A stretch of 64,000 nucleotides of DNA, from the NCBI GenBank assembly GCA_013388965.1, contig JACAEG010000079.1, positions 1,292-65,291 on the forward strand, in the 5' to 3' direction. This stretch comes from Pseudorhodoplanes sp. Its GTDB lineage: Bacteria > Pseudomonadota > Alphaproteobacteria > Rhizobiales > Xanthobacteraceae. Positions 61,212 to 64,000 of this stretch are shown one piece after another. The position numbers were made by a program, and so were the translations under genes. The notes beneath the pieces were generated by a model. That model saw only the letters and a program-made list of their open reading frames with translations. It did no database searches and was not told the origin of the DNA. Within the stretch, counting starts at the first letter, position 1, and each line of letters starts with the position of its first letter.

Positions 61212-63905
61212 TCATGCCGCCTGATTGAGAGGTGCGGACTGTTCTTTCAGCGCCGCGATAAGGCCTTGCCGGTCGAACTTGGCGACGAAGTCGTGGAAGC
61301 CCGCATGTCGAACCTTCGCGATCGCCTCGGGCGAGGTGAGCGAGGAAAGCGCAATGATCGGCGTCGATGCGGCGGCCTTGTGCGAGCGGATGGCCTCGGC
61401 AAGCGCGAAACCGTCCATGTCGGGCATATCCAGATCGGTCACGACCACGTCGAAGCGCCGACCGTCCTTCAGCAGGCTGACCGCATCGGTGCCGCCTCCG
61501 ACTGCAGTGACCTCATAGCCGGCCGCGCGCAGCACGGGCGTCAGCATGTTGCGGAAGAAGGCCGAATCCTCGACGAACAGAAGCGTCTTGCTGGCTTTTC
61601 CGTTCCGCTCGTCCTTGCGCTGGAACCAGTCGGCGAAGGCGACCGGCAGGAAGTGGCCAATATCGATGATCTCGGTCGCGTTATTCTTTATGACCGCGGA
61701 TCCGAGAATACCAGGCTTGTCGCTGGCGACCTCGATGTTCAGGTTATCTTCCACGATATCGACGATCTCATCGACCGCGAGCGCCATGCAGCGGCCGCCG
61801 TCGGAGAAGACCAGCAGGCATTGCGTGCCCTTGTCCTTGATGCGGGTCTCGTCGGTGACCTGCACGAGCGGCATCAGCTGACCGCGATATTGCAGGAGGT
61901 AGCGCCCGTTCGACAGCTCGATCTTGGTCGCATCGACCTCCTCCAGCCGCGTGACGAGCGAGAGCGGCACCGCCTTCGGTTCGCGCGAGCCGGCGCGGAA
62001 GACGAGCAGGGAGGTGGTCGATTCGGAACGCGCGGGCTGCGCGTCGGCCTGGTCCATGAGCGAACCGGCCGAATTTCCGAAGGCTCCGAGCGCCTCCGCG
62101 ATCCCGTTCGGATCGATGATCATGATCACCGACCCGTCCCCTAGAATCGTGTTGCCGGAGAACATCGCGATATGGCGCAGCTTCGTGGCCATCGGCTTGA
62201 CGACGATTTCCTCGGTATGGAAGACGCCGTCGACGACGATTCCGAACGTCCGGTTCCCGATCTGCGTCACCACGATGAAGCCGCTCTCGGCATGCTCCCC
62301 GGTCGCGCCCTTGAGACGCAGGAGGCTGCTCAGCGGAACCAGCGGAAGGAGCTTGTTGCGCAGGCGCAGGACCGGCGTATCCTTGATCCGTTCGATCCTG
62401 TGATCGGAATCGTTCTTCACGCGGACGAGCTCGACCACGGCGAGCTGCGGGATCGCAAAGCGTTCGCCGCCGGCCTCGATGATCAGCGCCGACACGATCG
62501 CAAGCGTCAGCGGGATCTTGATCGTGAAGACCGTGCCTTCGCCGGCGATCGACTTGACGTCGATCGAGCCGCCGATCTGGTCGATATTGGTCTGCACGAC
62601 GTCCATGCCGACTCCGCGACCGGACACGTTCGTCACCTTGGCGGCCGTCGAGAATCCCGGCTCGAAGATGAAGCGCTGGATCTGCGCATCGGTCATCTTC
62701 TCGATTTCGGCGGCGGGCCGAAGCCCGCGCTCGATCGCCTTCGCCTTGATCTTCTGTATGTCGAGCCCGCGTCCATCGTCGGCGATCTCGATGATGATGT
62801 GCCCGCCCTCGTGATAGGCGCTTAGCCTGATGGTGCCGCGCTCCGGCTTCCCGGCGGCGATCCGTTCGGCCGTCGATTCAAGCCCGTGGTCGGCCGAGTT
62901 GCGGACCATGTGCGTCAGCGGATCCTTGATCCGGTCGAGCACCTGGCGGTCGAGTTCGGTTTCGGCGCCGTGCATCTCGAGCTCGATCTGCTTGCCGAGT
63001 TCCGTCGCAAGGTCGCGCACGACGCGCGGCAGCTTCTGCCATGCATTGCCGACCGGCTGCATGCGCGTCTTCATGACGTTTTCCTGCAGCTCGGCCGTCA
63101 CGTTGGACAGCCGCTGCAGCGGTACCTTGAATTCGGAATCCTGCTGCCGGCGCGCCATTTCGAGCAGCTGGTTGCGCGTGAGCACCAGCTCCGACACCAT
63201 CGTCATCAGCCGTTCGAGCGTATCGACATTGACGCGGATCGACTGCTTGGCAATCTTGCTTTCGGATTTCTCGTCGTCCTGCTCGGCCGATTTTTGCGCG
63301 GGCTTTTCGGCCGCCTTTGCGGCGGCCGGCATGGCAGCGGCTTGGGGGACGCTTTCGTCCTCGTCGTCTTCCTCTTCCGGGCCGGGCGCCTCGCGGAAGG
63401 CGCGTTCGAGATCGTCGAGCGAGACTTCGCCCGGTTTCAACGGGCGTTCGAGAACCTGTTCGACCAGCGTGCCCGTGGTCGTCGCCGGCGCAGCTTGAGG
63501 CTCAGGCTGCTTGGCCGCCGCGCTCGCCATACCGGCAAGCACCAGGCTGTCGAGTTTCCCGATCAGATCTTCATCCGTGCCTTCGGGCTCTCGCTGCGTC
63601 TGCTCGAGCTCGTCGAGCAGCGCCTTGGTGCGGTCGATGGTCGCGAGAATGATCGTGACCGCTTCGCCGGTCACGGGCATGCCGTCACGGAATTTTCCCA
63701 TCAGGGTTTCGGCCGAATGCGCGAGCGTCGCCAGTCGCGGCAGGCCGAGGAATCCGCAAGTCCCCTTGATGGTGTGGACGAGCCGGAAAATGTTATCGAG
63801 TATCTTGGCGTTGTTCGGATCCTGCTCGAAGCGCACGAGCTCGACGTCGACGACGTCGAGGCTCTCTGTTGTTTCGGTCAGAAATTCCCGCAGCAAGTCA
63901 TCCAT
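61212..63905 (-). CDS. cheA: Hybrid CheA histidine kinase (HPt, kinase, CheW domains, C-terminal REC)
   Basis: IFRLVHTIKG, HMVRNSADHG, DDGRG, SGRGVGMDVV and C-terminal VEDS...TDLDMP. Confidence 0.96.
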   Translation of the reverse strand: MDDLLREFLTETTESLDVVDVELVRFEQDPNNAKILDNIFRLVHTIKGTCGFLGLPRLATLAHSAETLMGKFRDGMPVTGEAVTIILATIDRTKALLDELEQTQREPEGTDEDLIGKLDSLVLAGMASAAAKQPEPQAAPATTTGTLVEQVLERPLKPGEVSLDDLERAFREAPGPEEEDDEDESVPQAAAMPAAAKAAEKPAQKSAEQDDEKSESKIAKQSIRVNVDTLERLMTMVSELVLTRNQLLEMARRQQDSEFKVPLQRLSNVTAELQENVMKTRMQPVGNAWQKLPRVVRDLATELGKQIELEMHGAETELDRQVLDRIKDPLTHMVRNSADHGLESTAERIAAGKPERGTIRLSAYHEGGHIIIEIADDGRGLDIQKIKAKAIERGLRPAAEIEKMTDAQIQRFIFEPGFSTAAKVTNVSGRGVGMDVVQTNIDQIGGSIDVKSIAGEGTVFTIKIPLTLAIVSALIIEAGGERFAIPQLAVVELVRVKNDSDHRIERIKDTPVLRLRNKLLPLVPLSSLLRLKGATGEHAESGFIVVTQIGNRTFGIVVDGVFHTEEIVVKPMATKLRHIAMFSGNTILGDGSVIMIIDPNGIAEALGAFGNSAGSLMDQADAQPARSESTTSLLVFRAGSREPKAVPLSLVTRLEEVDATKIELSNGRYLLQYRGQLMPLVQVTDETRIKDKGTQCLLVFSDGGRCMALAVDEIVDIVEDNLNIEVASDKPGILGSAVIKNNATEIIDIGHFLPVAFADWFQRKDERNGKASKTLLFVEDSAFFRNMLTPVLRAAGYEVTAVGGGTDAVSLLKDGRRFDVVVTDLDMPDMDGFALAEAIRSHKAAASTPIIALSSLTSPEAIAKVRHAGFHDFVAKFDRQGLIAALKEQSAPLNQAA

Positions 63906-63971
63906 GACAAAGGCCTTCCCCACCCGTCGCGCGGGCAATGCAAAGTCTTCGTCAGTGTGTAGGGTAACGGT

Positions 63972-63986
63972 TTAATTTCAGTTTAA
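63972..63986. promoter_or_regulatory. CtrA box upstream of cheA
   Basis: TTAA-TTTCAGT-TTAA. Confidence 0.75.
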
Positions 63987-64000
63987 GTTTCAACGGGGAG

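Noticed and set aside
61212-63905. CheA with a fused C-terminal receiver domain
   Set aside because: Known architecture for ctrA-linked alphaproteobacterial chemotaxis operons.

Overview
High-GC alphaproteobacterial chromosome segment, probably Hyphomicrobiales (Xanthobacteraceae/Nitrobacteraceae-like, inferred from gene content and order). Positions 1-27 kb are part of an anoxygenic photosynthesis gene cluster (5' end of bchC, crtF-crtE, crtD-crtC, crtB-crtI-bchO, bchD-bchI). A red-type (form IC) Calvin-cycle cassette (cbbR / cbbL-S-X-Y-Y'-F-P) sits between bchD and bchO. The most notable signal is a tandem TGT-N12-ACA (PpsR/CrtJ-type) operator in front of cbbF, built like those at bchC, crtE/crtD and bchI. 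This suggests a hybrid cbbF-prk-bchO-crtI-crtB operon under the photopigment repressor, while RuBisCO remains under CbbR. Next is a glyA-sgaA-hprA module with an unknown NAD(P)-binding gene and a divergent RamB/ScfR-type regulator; it is a candidate photorespiratory (glyoxylate salvage) or partial serine-cycle unit and ends at the 3' end of a tRNA-Met. Positions 27-64 kb are mostly core genes (pmtA, mnmA, fliK-flgD, sciP, fliFGHN-flbD, flhA, fliJI, ctrA, cheRBYWA) with CtrA boxes, FlbD ftr sites, a sigma54 promoter and EcfG-type promoters. Small accessory islets are interspersed: a DoxX pseudogene, a deacetylase/GntR/Bug/SnoaL cluster, and TAXI-TRAP with an aminotransferase. All calls come from motif and family recognition by eye; no searches were run. 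Start codons were adjusted by hand where noted.
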